Source of the DNA: Myxococcota bacterium
GTDB taxonomy: Bacteria > Myxococcota_A > UBA796 > UBA2385
Direction: 5' to 3'
Assembly (NCBI GenBank): GCA_044344255.1
Contig: JBIJDH010000007.1
Coordinates: 128,001 to 192,000 of the forward strand
DNA length: 64,000 nt
Shown here: one piece after another, positions 25,559-35,585 of the stretch
Layout of the letters: each line of letters begins with the position of its first letter
Numbering within the stretch: the stretch's first letter is position 1
Made by a program: the position numbers and the translations under genes
Notes under the pieces: generated by a model
Told to the model about the DNA's origin: nothing
Seen by the model: only the letters and a program-made list of their open reading frames with translations
The model's database searches: none

Positions 25559-28500
25559 TCAGTTCTGGAACAGGTACAGCGTGGCGCCGGCCAGGAGCTG
25601 ATCGCCGGCTTGGAGCTCGATGGCGCTCCCGTCCTCGGGCGCGGTGCGGAAGTCGCCCTCCGGGCCGCTGCGGAGGAAGAAGGGGTGGAAGCCACCGTCC
25701 CCCTTGGCGTAGGTGCCGAGGTAGTCGGTGAGGCGCAGGCGGCGCCCGTCGAAGGCCGCCGTGACGCGGATCGGGCCGAGCTGAACCACCCGGCTGGCCT
25801 TCAAGGGCAGCCCAATCGTGAACAGGGCGCGCACCATTCGATCGCGGAGATCGACGCGGAGGAAGCGGGCGCGCGGATCGGGCAGGTTGGCCTCGGTGAG
25901 GACAAGCGTCACCACGAAGTCCTCGTCGCCGGCTGCGTCGCGGCGGATGACCTCGATCACGGCGCTGTCGGGGCTGCGGGTCTCCTCGAGGGTGGTCCCG
26001 CCTTGTTCAAGCCGAGCCTCTCGCTCCGAGAGGCGGCGCACGCTGCCGCGCTTGCCCCGCACCGTGAACTGGAAGTACCGCGTGGCCTCGAAGCGCTGGC
26101 CGGGCTCACAGCGGTTCTCGGGGACGACGATGTCGGCGCCGCGGAAGTTACCGACCGTGACCTCACCGGAGACCATCCAGCCCATCACGGAGAGCCGCGC
26201 GGGTCGGGAGAGCTCGAGCTGCCAGTCGGACTCATCGACGACGACCACCTCCGCCGGCGGCAGGGTGGGCGGCGGCGGCAGCGGCGCGCTGGGGGCGGCC
26301 GCCGCGGCGGGCCGCGGGGGTGACGCGGAAGGAGCCGGCGGCGCGGAGCTCGGAACGGGCGGTGGCGGAGGCGGGAGCGGTGAGGGCGACGGCGCCGCGG
26401 CGGGAGGGCGAGCGCGGGCGGCCGGGATCGGCGGTGGGTCCTCCACCGGTGAGGGCGCGCGCAGCGGAGGGGCCGCCGCCGCCGGGGGCCGGGTCTGGGG
26501 GAGGGCCGGGGGCACAGTGGGCGGCGCCGCGGGCGCGGGCGCGGGCTCGGTCGAGCGGAGGGCGCGGGGGGCGCCCGTCGGCGGGCGGAGCGGGGGGCGG
26601 GCGGGCGCCTCGTGCATCACCGACTCGAGCACGGAGGGCGGAGGCGCGCTCGGCAGATCGGTCGGGTCGCTGGACGGATCTTCGGTCGGCTCGTCGAGCA
26701 TCATCGGCGGGCCGATGATGGCTGGGCTCGGCGTGGGCGTGGGCGTGGGCGTGGGCGTGGGCGTGGGAGGCACGGGCGCGGCCTCCGGCGCGGCCTCCGG
26801 CGTGGGCGCGGCCTCAAGACCAAGCTGCGAGCTCACCTCCATCACCTCGACCATGACCGCAGGGGGCGGCGCTCCCCGCTCGCCCAGGCCGGCGGCGCTT
26901 GGGAGGTCGGTGGTGCCCAGGGCGGGCACGCCGGGCAGGGAGGTGACCTCCCCTGTCGGGTCCACCGCCGAGGCGAGGTCGAAGGCGGAGAGCGTGGCGC
27001 CCGAATCGGAGCTGCCGATCGGCGGCCGCGCCGTGGCGGCGGGGGGATAGCTGGCCTCGAAGACACAGTTCCCAGCGAGGAGCTCGTCGCCTGGCTGCAG
27101 ATCGAGGTTGGTGGGGCCGCTGGGGTCGCCGGCGGGGTGAAGGGCGAACACGTCGCCGGCGCGCCGGACATAGGTGTAGCAGTGGCGGGCGATCGAGTGG
27201 ATCACCGGCTCCCGGACGAGGTCGATCTCGGCGTGCTCGGAGGCCACCATGATCGAGTCGGTGTAGAACCGGCTCTTCGGGATCTCACCGTTACGGGAGC
27301 GGATGCTCCCGCCGGTCGCCATCTCGGGCTTCCAGACGATGTTGTCATTGTGGGGCTCGTCCGGGAGGCGCACCTTGCAGCGCCGGTCGCGGCCGACCTG
27401 GTGTTTGCTCCCGAAGACCATGTGTACGGTGCCACCCTTACGGCGGACCTCGCCGAGGTAGGGCCAGCCGTCCGTGGTCACGGTGGAGAGGTCGCGGTAC
27501 TCGATCTCGGTGGAGCCGAGCGCGATGCGGGCGTCGCGATCGAGGGGCGTGCCGACTCCTGGCGCTACCGGGCGGCCGTTCAGGGTGACGTCGGGGCGGT
27601 TGGCGGCCAACATCACGGTGTTGCCGCGCACCCGGAAGGTGGCGGCGGGCTGGGCGATGGCGGTGCCAAGCTCTCCGTTCGGCCCGACGTAGACGTCGTA
27701 GCCCTCCATGAACTTGTTGAAGTGGACCTTCTGGAGGAGGGCCCCGGACTCCCGCAGGGTCAGGATGCGCCCCTCGACCGCGGTGGGCACGATGGTGCGC
27801 CCGCCCGTGATCTGAGGCGTGAAGTTGGGCACGCGGAAGCCCTCGCGGCTCGGGCCTGCGGGGAGCTCGAGGTCGAGCTCCACCATGGTGTTGGCGAAGG
27901 GGCGGGGGGACCTCCGGTCGGAGTCGGCCTCCACCACGGCCAGCACGATCCAGGCCACCGGGGCGCCGGCGTCGTCTTCGAGGGTGAGCACCGAGGGGGC
28001 GCCGGGGTCCTCTGTCTTCGTGATGCGGTATCGATCGGCCACGTCGGGGTTGATGACGTGGACGAAGCTCCCGTCGGCATACTGCTGCAAGCGGTAAAGG
28101 GCTGGCAGCTTGAGGGCCGGGTGCGAGAAGTTGTCGAGCCAGTGGTCTCCGAGGGTGAACAACACCTGATCGGAGTACAGGCGGCCGACCTCCTGGTAGC
28201 CCTCCCAGGCGCCGGGGAGGTGGAGGTGGAGCGCGATGACGGGCCGTGAGGCCGGGCCGGGCTTCGGGTAGAGGTTGGGCAGGAGGCCGGTGACGAACTC
28301 GCCCTTCTGGAGGCCGAGGGAGTCGGCCTTGGTCTCGGGGCCGCCGTCCTCGATGATGTGAAAGCCGAGCGGCCGCTGGGGAAAGAGGGTGTGGAAGTCT
28401 TCCCCCTCACAGAAGGCCGTGAACCGATCCCGCAGCGCGGCGCGGGCCCGTTCGACCCAAGGCTCCCGCGCGTTCTTGAAGGTGCGCTTCCAGTCTTCGC

Positions 28501-28780
28501 TGTTGACGATGATCAGGACGTCGCTGACGCTCGCGACCCCATCTCCCCGCTCGGCCTGGAAGTGCGAGCGGAGGCCGCCCTTCCGCGAGAGGAAGGTGGA
28601 GGTGTCCCACAGCCGGGAGGGGTCAGAGACGAAGTCTTCGCTCGTTTTGTGCTTACGAAGACACTCGTTGTAAAATTCGAGCTCTGGGGAGGGGGGGAGG
28701 ACGAGGTCAGCGTCCCCCGAGAGGCCGCGGGCGCCCCCTGCGCTGAACATTCGGGCGAAGAAGTTTCCCAGCTCGGCCAT
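25559..28780 (-). CDS. Large cytoplasmic multi-FHA-like protein with Pro-rich linker
   Basis: VTLNGRPV..L....IALG; VGRDRRC..VASEHAEI..LQPGDELLAG; VTVGNFRGADIVV; LQAGDQLLAG; central PT/PA-rich tract. Confidence 0.75.
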   Translation of the reverse strand: MAELGNFFARMFSAGGARGLSGDADLVLPPSPELEFYNECLRKHKTSEDFVSDPSRLWDTSTFLSRKGGLRSHFQAERGDGVASVSDVLIIVNSEDWKRTFKNAREPWVERARAALRDRFTAFCEGEDFHTLFPQRPLGFHIIEDGGPETKADSLGLQKGEFVTGLLPNLYPKPGPASRPVIALHLHLPGAWEGYQEVGRLYSDQVLFTLGDHWLDNFSHPALKLPALYRLQQYADGSFVHVINPDVADRYRITKTEDPGAPSVLTLEDDAGAPVAWIVLAVVEADSDRRSPRPFANTMVELDLELPAGPSREGFRVPNFTPQITGGRTIVPTAVEGRILTLRESGALLQKVHFNKFMEGYDVYVGPNGELGTAIAQPAATFRVRGNTVMLAANRPDVTLNGRPVAPGVGTPLDRDARIALGSTEIEYRDLSTVTTDGWPYLGEVRRKGGTVHMVFGSKHQVGRDRRCKVRLPDEPHNDNIVWKPEMATGGSIRSRNGEIPKSRFYTDSIMVASEHAEIDLVREPVIHSIARHCYTYVRRAGDVFALHPAGDPSGPTNLDLQPGDELLAGNCVFEASYPPAATARPPIGSSDSGATLSAFDLASAVDPTGEVTSLPGVPALGTTDLPSAAGLGERGAPPPAVMVEVMEVSSQLGLEAAPTPEAAPEAAPVPPTPTPTPTPTPTPSPAIIGPPMMLDEPTEDPSSDPTDLPSAPPPSVLESVMHEAPARPPLRPPTGAPRALRSTEPAPAPAAPPTVPPALPQTRPPAAAAPPLRAPSPVEDPPPIPAARARPPAAAPSPSPLPPPPPPVPSSAPPAPSASPPRPAAAAAPSAPLPPPPTLPPAEVVVVDESDWQLELSRPARLSVMGWMVSGEVTVGNFRGADIVVPENRCEPGQRFEATRYFQFTVRGKRGSVRRLSEREARLEQGGTTLEETRSPDSAVIEVIRRDAAGDEDFVVTLVLTEANLPDPRARFLRVDLRDRMVRALFTIGLPLKASRVVQLGPIRVTAAFDGRRLRLTDYLGTYAKGDGGFHPFFLRSGPEGDFRTAPEDGSAIELQAGDQLLAGATLYLFQN
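26730..26765. repeat. (GGCGTG)6 hexamer repeat encoding (PT)n on the minus strand
   Basis: Perfect tandem hexamer. Confidence 0.85.
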
Positions 28781-28958
28781 CGCAGCACCTCGCCCGCGGG
28801 TCGGCCGGCGGAGGCGCCGGTTCGCGGGGCGCTGGAGCTTAACCCGTGCTAGGACGGCGGTCGCCTGGAGCCCGCTCGCCGCCCTCCCTCGCGCGGCGAT
28901 CGGGCAGAATCAAAAACTCACCTATCGGCAAGCTCAGATCTGCCGCTCGGGAGCGACC

Positions 28959-30179
28959 TTGGCTCAACTCCGCCCCTTCCCCGGTCTCCGCGCTGATGAC
29001 GCCCTCGCAGGCGAGATCATCGCTCCCCCCTACGACGTCGTCAGCGAGGCCGAGGCCAAGGCCATCGCCGGGCCCAACCCGAAGTCCTTCCTGCATGTGA
29101 CCCGGCCGGACGTCGATCTCGCGCCCGGCGTCGACATCCACAGCGCTGTCGCCTACGAGAAGGCGAGGGAAAACCTTGATAGCTTCACGCAGCGCGGCTG
29201 GATCGTCCAGGATGACGCCCCCTGCTTCTACCTCTACAGCCAGACCTGGCAGGGCCAGACCCAGGTGGGCCTGCTCGCGGCCTGCAGCGTCGAGGAGTAC
29301 GACGGCGGCGTGATCAAGCGCCATGAGCTCACCCGCCCGGACAAGGAGCAGGACCGCGTCGATCACATCCTGCACACCGGCACCCAGACCGGCCTCGTGT
29401 TCCTCGCCTACCGGGACGAGTTCCCGGTGGTGCGGGCGGCGATGGCCGAGGCCGAGGCCCTGCCGCTCGCCTGGCGGGTCACCACCGACGACGGCGTCGA
29501 GCACGCCTTGCGCGTGGTGCGGGACAGCGGTCTCGTCGACCGCCTGCGGGCCGCCTTCGCCGGGGTGCCGAACCTCTACATCGCCGACGGCCACCATCGC
29601 TCCGCCGCGGCCGCGCGCGTGGCCGCCGCCCGGAGAGGGGAGGGCAGCTCGAGCTGGTTCCTCGCGGGGATCTTCCCCGACCGTCAGCTGCGCGTGCTCG
29701 CGTACAATCGCCTCGTGAGCGACCTCCACGGTCACTCGGCGGAGGGCCTCCTGGCGGCGATCGGCCAGGACTTTGACGTGGAGGCCGGCGTGGCGCCAGA
29801 GCCGGTGGGCCGCGGCCACTTCACGGCTTACCTCGGCGGGGTCTGGTACGGGCTGCGACCGAAGGAGGGGCGGGTCGATCATCATGATCCCGTCGCCTCT
29901 CTCGACGTCAGCGTCCTCCAGGATCGGGTGCTCGGCCCGCTGCTCGGCGTGAAGGACCCGCGGACCGACACCCGCATCGAATTCGTGGGCGGGATCCGGG
30001 GCGCGTCGGCCCTCCAGGCCGCGGTGGACGCCGGGCGGGCGGCCGTCGCCTTCCACCTCTTCCCCACCGGCCTGGATCAGCTCTTCGCCGTCGCCGACGT
30101 CGACAAGCTCATGCCGCCCAAGAGCACCTGGTTCGAGCCGAAGCTCCGCGGCGGCGTGGTGGCGCACCGGATCGACTGA
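28959..30179 (+). CDS. DUF1015-family protein
   Basis: APPYDV, IKRHELTR, YIADGHHR, MPPKSTWFEPKL. Confidence 0.92.
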   Translation: MAQLRPFPGLRADDALAGEIIAPPYDVVSEAEAKAIAGPNPKSFLHVTRPDVDLAPGVDIHSAVAYEKARENLDSFTQRGWIVQDDAPCFYLYSQTWQGQTQVGLLAACSVEEYDGGVIKRHELTRPDKEQDRVDHILHTGTQTGLVFLAYRDEFPVVRAAMAEAEALPLAWRVTTDDGVEHALRVVRDSGLVDRLRAAFAGVPNLYIADGHHRSAAAARVAAARRGEGSSSWFLAGIFPDRQLRVLAYNRLVSDLHGHSAEGLLAAIGQDFDVEAGVAPEPVGRGHFTAYLGGVWYGLRPKEGRVDHHDPVASLDVSVLQDRVLGPLLGVKDPRTDTRIEFVGGIRGASALQAAVDAGRAAVAFHLFPTGLDQLFAVADVDKLMPPKSTWFEPKLRGGVVAHRID

Positions 30180-30214
30180 CCCACCCCGAGGGCGACCGCG
30201 GCGGCGCGGCGGGA

Positions 30215-32014
30215 TCAGGGCCCCCGGACCTGCGCCAGTCCCGCTCGAGCGGTTGCATTGTCCGGATCGAGGCGCAGGGTCTCTGTCCACCACCGCGCCG
30301 CCTCGCTCTGGTCGCCTTGGAGCCAGGCGAGGGCCGCGAGGTTGAGCGTGACGGTGGGGTCGAAGGGCGCCAGGGCCGACGCCTGACCGAGCACGGTGGT
30401 CGCCTCCAGGAACTGGCGTTGATCGAGGAGGATCGCGCCGAGGGTGTTCCAACCCTCCGGGTAGAGCGGGTGCTGGCGCACGAGGATGCGGGCGACCGCG
30501 GCGGCCTCATCCGCGCGGCCCTGGCGCCTCAACAGGACAGCGAGATTGTTCGCCGCTTTTCGGAGCTTTGGATCCGCCCGCAGGGCCGCCTGGTAGAGCG
30601 AGACGGCGGCCTCGGGGTCACCCTGCTCCGCCAGGATGGTGGCGAGCGAGGCCTGGAGCAGCGGGTGACCGGGGAGGGCCGTGAGGCCGGCCTCGAGGGT
30701 CGCCTCTGCGGCTGCGGGCTGTCCGAGCGCGGTCTGCGCGCCGCTGAGGGCGGTCCAGCCGCGGGGGTGGAGCGGCTGCTTCTCCGTGAGGTCCTGCCAG
30801 AGGGCGAGGGAGCCGCGCCAGACCGGGATGCGCTCGAGCGTCCATCGAGCCTGGAGCCCGACGCAAAACAGCGCGAGCAGCAGCCAGAGGGCGTGGCCGC
30901 GGCGGGGCACGCCAGCCGCCAGGGCCAGCACCAGTCCGGCGCTCGGCAGGAGGAGGTAGCGGTCGGCCATCAGGTTCTGAATGGGGATGAGCTGGCTCAC
31001 CGGCAACAGCGCGAGGAAGAACCAGGCGACGCCCAGCCGGACGAGGCGCTCCTTCGAGAGGAGGGCGAAGACCCCGAGACCTGCGGCTACGCCGAGCCCG
31101 CGGAGGGCCTCGACCCCCCACCCCACGGGGGGCTCGACGTAGAGCACAGAGAGCTCGGTCGGCCAGAGCAGCATCCCGGCATACCGACCGAGCACCGCGC
31201 ACTGCAGGCTGAGCGCGCCCAGCGTGTCTTCGGCGCGGGGCTCGGCGTACATCGCCACCACCGAGCCGAGGGAGAGGGTGACGACCAGGCCCATCGCCGA
31301 GAGCGCCGCCCAGGGCAGCCAGCCCGCCCACCAGCGGGGACGCCGCGCCGCCGACGGGTCCCGGGCCCAGTCGAGGACGAAGAGCCAGGCGGGCAGCACG
31401 ATCGCCGTGTTCTTGGCCCAGTAGGCCGGCAGGAGCAGCGTGAGGGCGAGGAGGCCGCGGCGGGGGTGGGCCGTCCGATCGAGGAAGAGTCGGATCGACA
31501 GGAAGACGAAGAAGAGCGAGACGACGTCCTTGCGGCTGGCCAGCCAGGCCACGCTCTCGACGTGGACGGGCATGACCAGGAAGATGGCGGCGCCGAGCCA
31601 GGCGCGCAGGCCCTCCCCGAGGAGGCGCTCGAGGATGGAGAGGAAGAGCAGGCCGGCGCCGAGGTACCAGAGGACGCTGTGCAGGTGGTGCCCCGCCCAG
31701 CGCTCGCCGAAGAGGGCGAAGTCGAGGAGCACGGTGAGGTCTCGCACCGGGAGGTACTCTGCCCCGAGCGTGAGCCGCGCACCGGGGCTCATGTCCCAGA
31801 GGAGGGTGGGCAGCGCGTCGAGCGAGCCGGTGGAGAGGATCGGGTTGTTGAAGACCAGCCAGGGGGTGTCCAGGTCGACGTCGCCGTCCCAGACCGTGCT
31901 CGACCAGACCCACACGCCGAGGAGCAACAGCAGCAGGCTGCCCCGGTGTCTGCCCCCCGTGAGCGCGCTCCGCACCCGGGAGACCACCGCCTCGACGCGC
32001 GTCGCCGCGGTCAT
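30215..32014 (-). CDS. TMTC-like GT-C membrane glycosyltransferase with C-terminal TPRs
   Basis: Multi-TM; DLD near the N-terminus, YLPVR, HVESVAWLASRKD, MADRYLLLP; TPR helices. Confidence 0.85.
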   Translation of the reverse strand: MTAATRVEAVVSRVRSALTGGRHRGSLLLLLLGVWVWSSTVWDGDVDLDTPWLVFNNPILSTGSLDALPTLLWDMSPGARLTLGAEYLPVRDLTVLLDFALFGERWAGHHLHSVLWYLGAGLLFLSILERLLGEGLRAWLGAAIFLVMPVHVESVAWLASRKDVVSLFFVFLSIRLFLDRTAHPRRGLLALTLLLPAYWAKNTAIVLPAWLFVLDWARDPSAARRPRWWAGWLPWAALSAMGLVVTLSLGSVVAMYAEPRAEDTLGALSLQCAVLGRYAGMLLWPTELSVLYVEPPVGWGVEALRGLGVAAGLGVFALLSKERLVRLGVAWFFLALLPVSQLIPIQNLMADRYLLLPSAGLVLALAAGVPRRGHALWLLLALFCVGLQARWTLERIPVWRGSLALWQDLTEKQPLHPRGWTALSGAQTALGQPAAAEATLEAGLTALPGHPLLQASLATILAEQGDPEAAVSLYQAALRADPKLRKAANNLAVLLRRQGRADEAAAVARILVRQHPLYPEGWNTLGAILLDQRQFLEATTVLGQASALAPFDPTVTLNLAALAWLQGDQSEAARWWTETLRLDPDNATARAGLAQVRGP

Positions 32015-33054
32015 GCCGGGCGATCCAGCACCGCCAGCGTCTCCATGTGGGAGGTCTGAGGAAACATGTCGAAGAGGGTGACCGAGCGGAGGGTGTAGCC
32101 GGCCTTGAAGGCGGGCTTGAGGTCTGCCGCGAGCGCGACGGGGTTACAGGAGACGTAGAGGATCGTGCGCGGGCGGGTGATCAGCAGCTTGGGCACCAGC
32201 CCGCCCGCGCCGGCGCGGGGAGGGTCGAGGATGACCACGTCGAAGACGGCGTCACCGGGCTGGTAGCGCTCGGCGGGGGCGGTCTTGACCTGCACCTTGA
32301 GCCCGTGCTCGACGGCGGTGCGGCGGGCGTCGCGGGTGGCGGCGGCGTTGGCCTCGATGAGCGTGATCGGCAGCCCCTCTCGGGCGAGGGGCAGGGAGAG
32401 GTTGCCCGCGCCGGAGAAGAGATCGAGCACCGCGTTCGGAGCGGAGGCGAGCACGGCGTCCCGCACCGCGGCCACGAGCCGCTCGTTGACCCCCAGGTTG
32501 ACCTGGTAGAAGGTGTCGGGACTGAAGCGGTGCCGCACCCCGCAGACCTCGATGGCGACGGTGTCCTCTCCGAGAGCCCTCGCGCCGTCGAGCGCCGCCC
32601 CGCGCAGCCCCGGCAGGCCGAGGAGCGCCGACGGCAGCTCGGTCACCCGCGGCTTTTGGGGGTTGGCGTTGCGGGCAGAGAGGACCACGCCGGCGCCGTC
32701 GCTGCGGAGCTCGAGCTGCTCGAGCCCGGGCAGGAGGGGGAGGGCGCCCAGCACAGCGTTGAGCTCGGGGCGGGCGATGGGGCAGTCCCGGACAGGCAGG
32801 TGCTCGTGGGAGCGCGGCCGGGAGAAGCCGGCTCGCCCGGCGGCGTCGAGGCGGAGGCTGACGCGGGCCCGATAGCCGAGCGGCGTGGGCGAGGGCACCA
32901 CGGAGTCCGGTGGGCGGCGGAGGGCCCGGGTGAGGAAGTCGATCTTCTGCTGTAGCTGCCGATCTTCGGGGTGGACCATCTCCGGACAGCCGCCGCAGGA
33001 GGGCTGGAGAGGGCAGGGGAGGCTGCGGGAGGGAGGAGGGGGGAGGGTGTCCAT
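32011..33054 (-). CDS. RNA m5U methyltransferase (RlmD/RlmC/TrmA family, no TRAM domain)
   Basis: CPLQPSCGGC, FYQVN, LDLFSGAG, LDPPRAG, YVSCNP, DMFPQTSHME. Confidence 0.92.
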   Translation of the reverse strand: MDTLPPPPSRSLPCPLQPSCGGCPEMVHPEDRQLQQKIDFLTRALRRPPDSVVPSPTPLGYRARVSLRLDAAGRAGFSRPRSHEHLPVRDCPIARPELNAVLGALPLLPGLEQLELRSDGAGVVLSARNANPQKPRVTELPSALLGLPGLRGAALDGARALGEDTVAIEVCGVRHRFSPDTFYQVNLGVNERLVAAVRDAVLASAPNAVLDLFSGAGNLSLPLAREGLPITLIEANAAATRDARRTAVEHGLKVQVKTAPAERYQPGDAVFDVVILDPPRAGAGGLVPKLLITRPRTILYVSCNPVALAADLKPAFKAGYTLRSVTLFDMFPQTSHMETLAVLDRPA

Positions 33055-33095
33055 CGTGGCGGAGCCTATTATGCTTCGGGGCCCCAGGAGCCTGC

Positions 33096-33776
33096 ATGCG
33101 CAGCCTAGCCGACCGCCTCGCTCCGTCCCTCGTCTCGTCTCGCCTCGCCGTCGGCCTGCTGGTGGGCCTCCTCGCGGCCTGTGAGCCCACCTCGACGGGG
33201 GGCGACCTCTTTGGCCCCGCCGCCGGCTCGAGCGCGCCCGTGGTGGGCTCCGCCTCTCCGGACGCCGCTTCCGGCGGCGCCTCCGGTGTCAGCGGCAAGC
33301 GCGCCGATCCGGCCTTCGCGGACTTTGAGGAGCCCGCCTTCAAGATGAGCAGCGACGAGCTGCACCAGAGCGCCAACGCCGCCCCCTCGGACGCGGCCCC
33401 CTCCGCTGCGCCCGCCGCGGCTGCGGCCCCCGCCGCTCCGGCCGTCGTCGCCGCGCCGCCGGGGCCGGCGGAGGCCGCGCCGGTCGCCGCGCCGCCCTCC
33501 CCGCCCGCCGGCTCCATCGCCCCCCTGAGCGCGCTCGCGGCGGCGCCGGGGCCCTGGCCGGTTCGGCTGCTGCGCACCCTCCCCGAGACGCAGCCGCCGC
33601 GCGCCATCCTCGGCCTCCCCGACGGGCGCGAGATCGTCGTCAGCCCGGGCTCGATGGTCCCCGAGCAGGGCCTCGTCGTGATGGCGGTCGGTAAGGGTCA
33701 CCTGTCCCTGGCGCGGGTCACCGGTCAGGGAGATCACGTCGCCATCTCGGAGCTCACGCTCCAAAGCCAGTACTGA
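33096..33776 (+). CDS. Lipoprotein with Pro/Ala linker and a PilP/GspC-HR-like beta domain
   Basis: Lipobox LAAC; VRLLRTL...PRAILGLPDGREIVVSPGSMV...VVMAV. Confidence 0.6.
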   Translation: MRSLADRLAPSLVSSRLAVGLLVGLLAACEPTSTGGDLFGPAAGSSAPVVGSASPDAASGGASGVSGKRADPAFADFEEPAFKMSSDELHQSANAAPSDAAPSAAPAAAAAPAAPAVVAAPPGPAEAAPVAAPPSPPAGSIAPLSALAAAPGPWPVRLLRTLPETQPPRAILGLPDGREIVVSPGSMVPEQGLVVMAVGKGHLSLARVTGQGDHVAISELTLQSQY

Positions 33777-33779
33777 GCC

Positions 33780-33820
33780 AACGGGGGGCCGGACGCCGGA
33801 CACGCCGCGTCGGCCCCCGT
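33780..33820 (+). terminator. GC-rich hairpin
   Basis: ACGGGGG..GACGC / GCGTCGGCCCCCGT imperfect inverted repeat after the stop. Confidence 0.35.
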
Positions 33821-33839
33821 CCCCGCCGCCGAGGTCCGC

Positions 33840-34166
33840 ATGGCCGCTCGACCCTCCGTCCGCCAGATCTTCGAGAACATGCCCCAGCGCTACCTTCCGG
33901 GGAAGGTAGACCGGATGCGCACCTGGTACTTCTCCGTGGGCTCGGAGAAGTGGTCGGTGACCTTGAGCCCGACCGCCGCGGTGGCCGTGGAGGGGCGGAC
34001 CGCCGAGAAGGCTGACTCTGTGCTCGTCTGCGACCCCGAGCTCTTCACGCGCATGGTGCTCGACGGCAAGCGGCCCGGCGCCCTCGACATCGCCCGCGGC
34101 AAGATCAAGACCAACGATCCCACGGGCCTCGCCAAGATGGTCGAGCTCTTCCGCTTCGAGGGCTGA
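33840..34166 (+). CDS. SCP2 sterol/lipid-binding domain protein
   Basis: 108 aa; ADSVLVCDPELF..M..G.......GKIKT pattern. Confidence 0.8.
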   Translation: MAARPSVRQIFENMPQRYLPGKVDRMRTWYFSVGSEKWSVTLSPTAAVAVEGRTAEKADSVLVCDPELFTRMVLDGKRPGALDIARGKIKTNDPTGLAKMVELFRFEG

Positions 34167-34229
34167 GCGCGGGGGGCCCGCGCTTCACGGGCGCGCTTTC
34201 TCTGGGGCTCTGTGCCTCCGGAGCGCCGT

Positions 34230-35426
34230 TCACACGAAGGCGCTGTGCCCGGTGATCGCGCGGCCGACGATGAGGGTGTTCATCTCGTCGGTGCCCTCGT
34301 AGCTGTAGACCGCCTCCATGTCGGAGAAGAGCCGGGCCACGCCGTGCTCGAGCAGGATCCCGTTGCCGCCGAGCAGCCCGCGGCCGAGGGCGCAGACCTC
34401 GCGCGCCTTGCGGGCGCAGGAGAGCTTGAGGAGGCTGGCGCGCGCTTCGTCCAGGCGCCCCGTCGCCCGCTCATGCCGAGCGGCCTGCATCAGCAGGGCC
34501 TGCATCGAGGTGAGGTGATCGAGCATCGTGACGAGCTTGTCCTGCACCAGTTGAAAGCCAGCGATCGGGCGACCGAACTGCTCCCGACCGCGGGTGTAGC
34601 GCAGCGTCGCCTCGAAGACGCCGGTGGCGATGCCCAGCGCCTCCCAGGCCACCGCCACCCGCCCGAGCTGAAGCAGGCCCGCCACGTCGCGGAAGCTCCG
34701 CGCGCCGGGCAGGCGGGCCGCGTCGGGCAGGAAGCACTCCTCGAGGCGAATGTTGACGTTCTCCATCGCACGTTTGGCGATCTTGCCCTTGAGCTTCTCG
34801 ACGTGGAAGCCCGGGGTGCCCCGCTCGACGAGGAAGCCCCCGAGCTCACCCTCGGCGCTCGCCCAGATCACGGTGACGTCGGCGATGGTGGCGTTGCCCG
34901 ACCACTTCTTCTCGCCGCTGACCACGTAGCCTCCGCTCACCTTGCGGGCGGTGCAGCGGAGGCCGCGGGCGGCGTCCGAGCCGGCCAGGGGTTCAGTGAG
35001 GGCCCAGGAGCCGATCTGTCGCAGATCTGACATCGGTGGGATCCATCGCAGCTTTTGTTCGTCCGAACCGAAGGCGGCGATCGTGCCCATCGCGAGGCCC
35101 CAGTGCACCGCCACGAAGCTCGCCATCGAGGGATCGACCCTTCCGAGCTCCATCTTGAGGAGGCGGAAGGGCATGGGATCCTTGGCGGGGAAGGTGTAGG
35201 GGGCGGCGCCGAGGGTCTCGTTCAGGAGCGCGCCGAAGCGAGGCACGAGGAAGGCTGGGAATTCGCCGCGCTCCCACCAGTCGTCGATCACCGGGCGCAC
35301 CTCGGCCTCGAGGAAGGCGCGGAAGCGCGCGTGCTGGGCGGCCACCTCGGGGCTGAGCTCACCCCACACCCCGAAGAGGTCGGCCTGGTCAGAGAGCGCG
35401 CGGGCGAGGGCATCTTGGGCGGACAT
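34230..35426 (-). CDS. Acyl-CoA dehydrogenase (glutaryl-CoA DH/ACX4-like)
   Basis: WALTEPLAGSD, GEKKWSGN, REQFGRPIAGFQ, GGNGI, YSYEGT. Confidence 0.93.
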   Translation of the reverse strand: MSAQDALARALSDQADLFGVWGELSPEVAAQHARFRAFLEAEVRPVIDDWWERGEFPAFLVPRFGALLNETLGAAPYTFPAKDPMPFRLLKMELGRVDPSMASFVAVHWGLAMGTIAAFGSDEQKLRWIPPMSDLRQIGSWALTEPLAGSDAARGLRCTARKVSGGYVVSGEKKWSGNATIADVTVIWASAEGELGGFLVERGTPGFHVEKLKGKIAKRAMENVNIRLEECFLPDAARLPGARSFRDVAGLLQLGRVAVAWEALGIATGVFEATLRYTRGREQFGRPIAGFQLVQDKLVTMLDHLTSMQALLMQAARHERATGRLDEARASLLKLSCARKAREVCALGRGLLGGNGILLEHGVARLFSDMEAVYSYEGTDEMNTLIVGRAITGHSAFV

Positions 35427-35585
35427 CAGGGCTCCCGTCGGTCGGTGGGTCGAGCGGCCGCCTATCCGGCCGGGCCCTGCGGCAGGGGGAGGTTCGACCC
35501 GACCGGTGCGCGTTGACCGTGGACCAGAGTCGTGACAGGTTGAAGGTCCGCCCGATCAGGCGGCCCTGCCAGCGAGAGCGGACCA

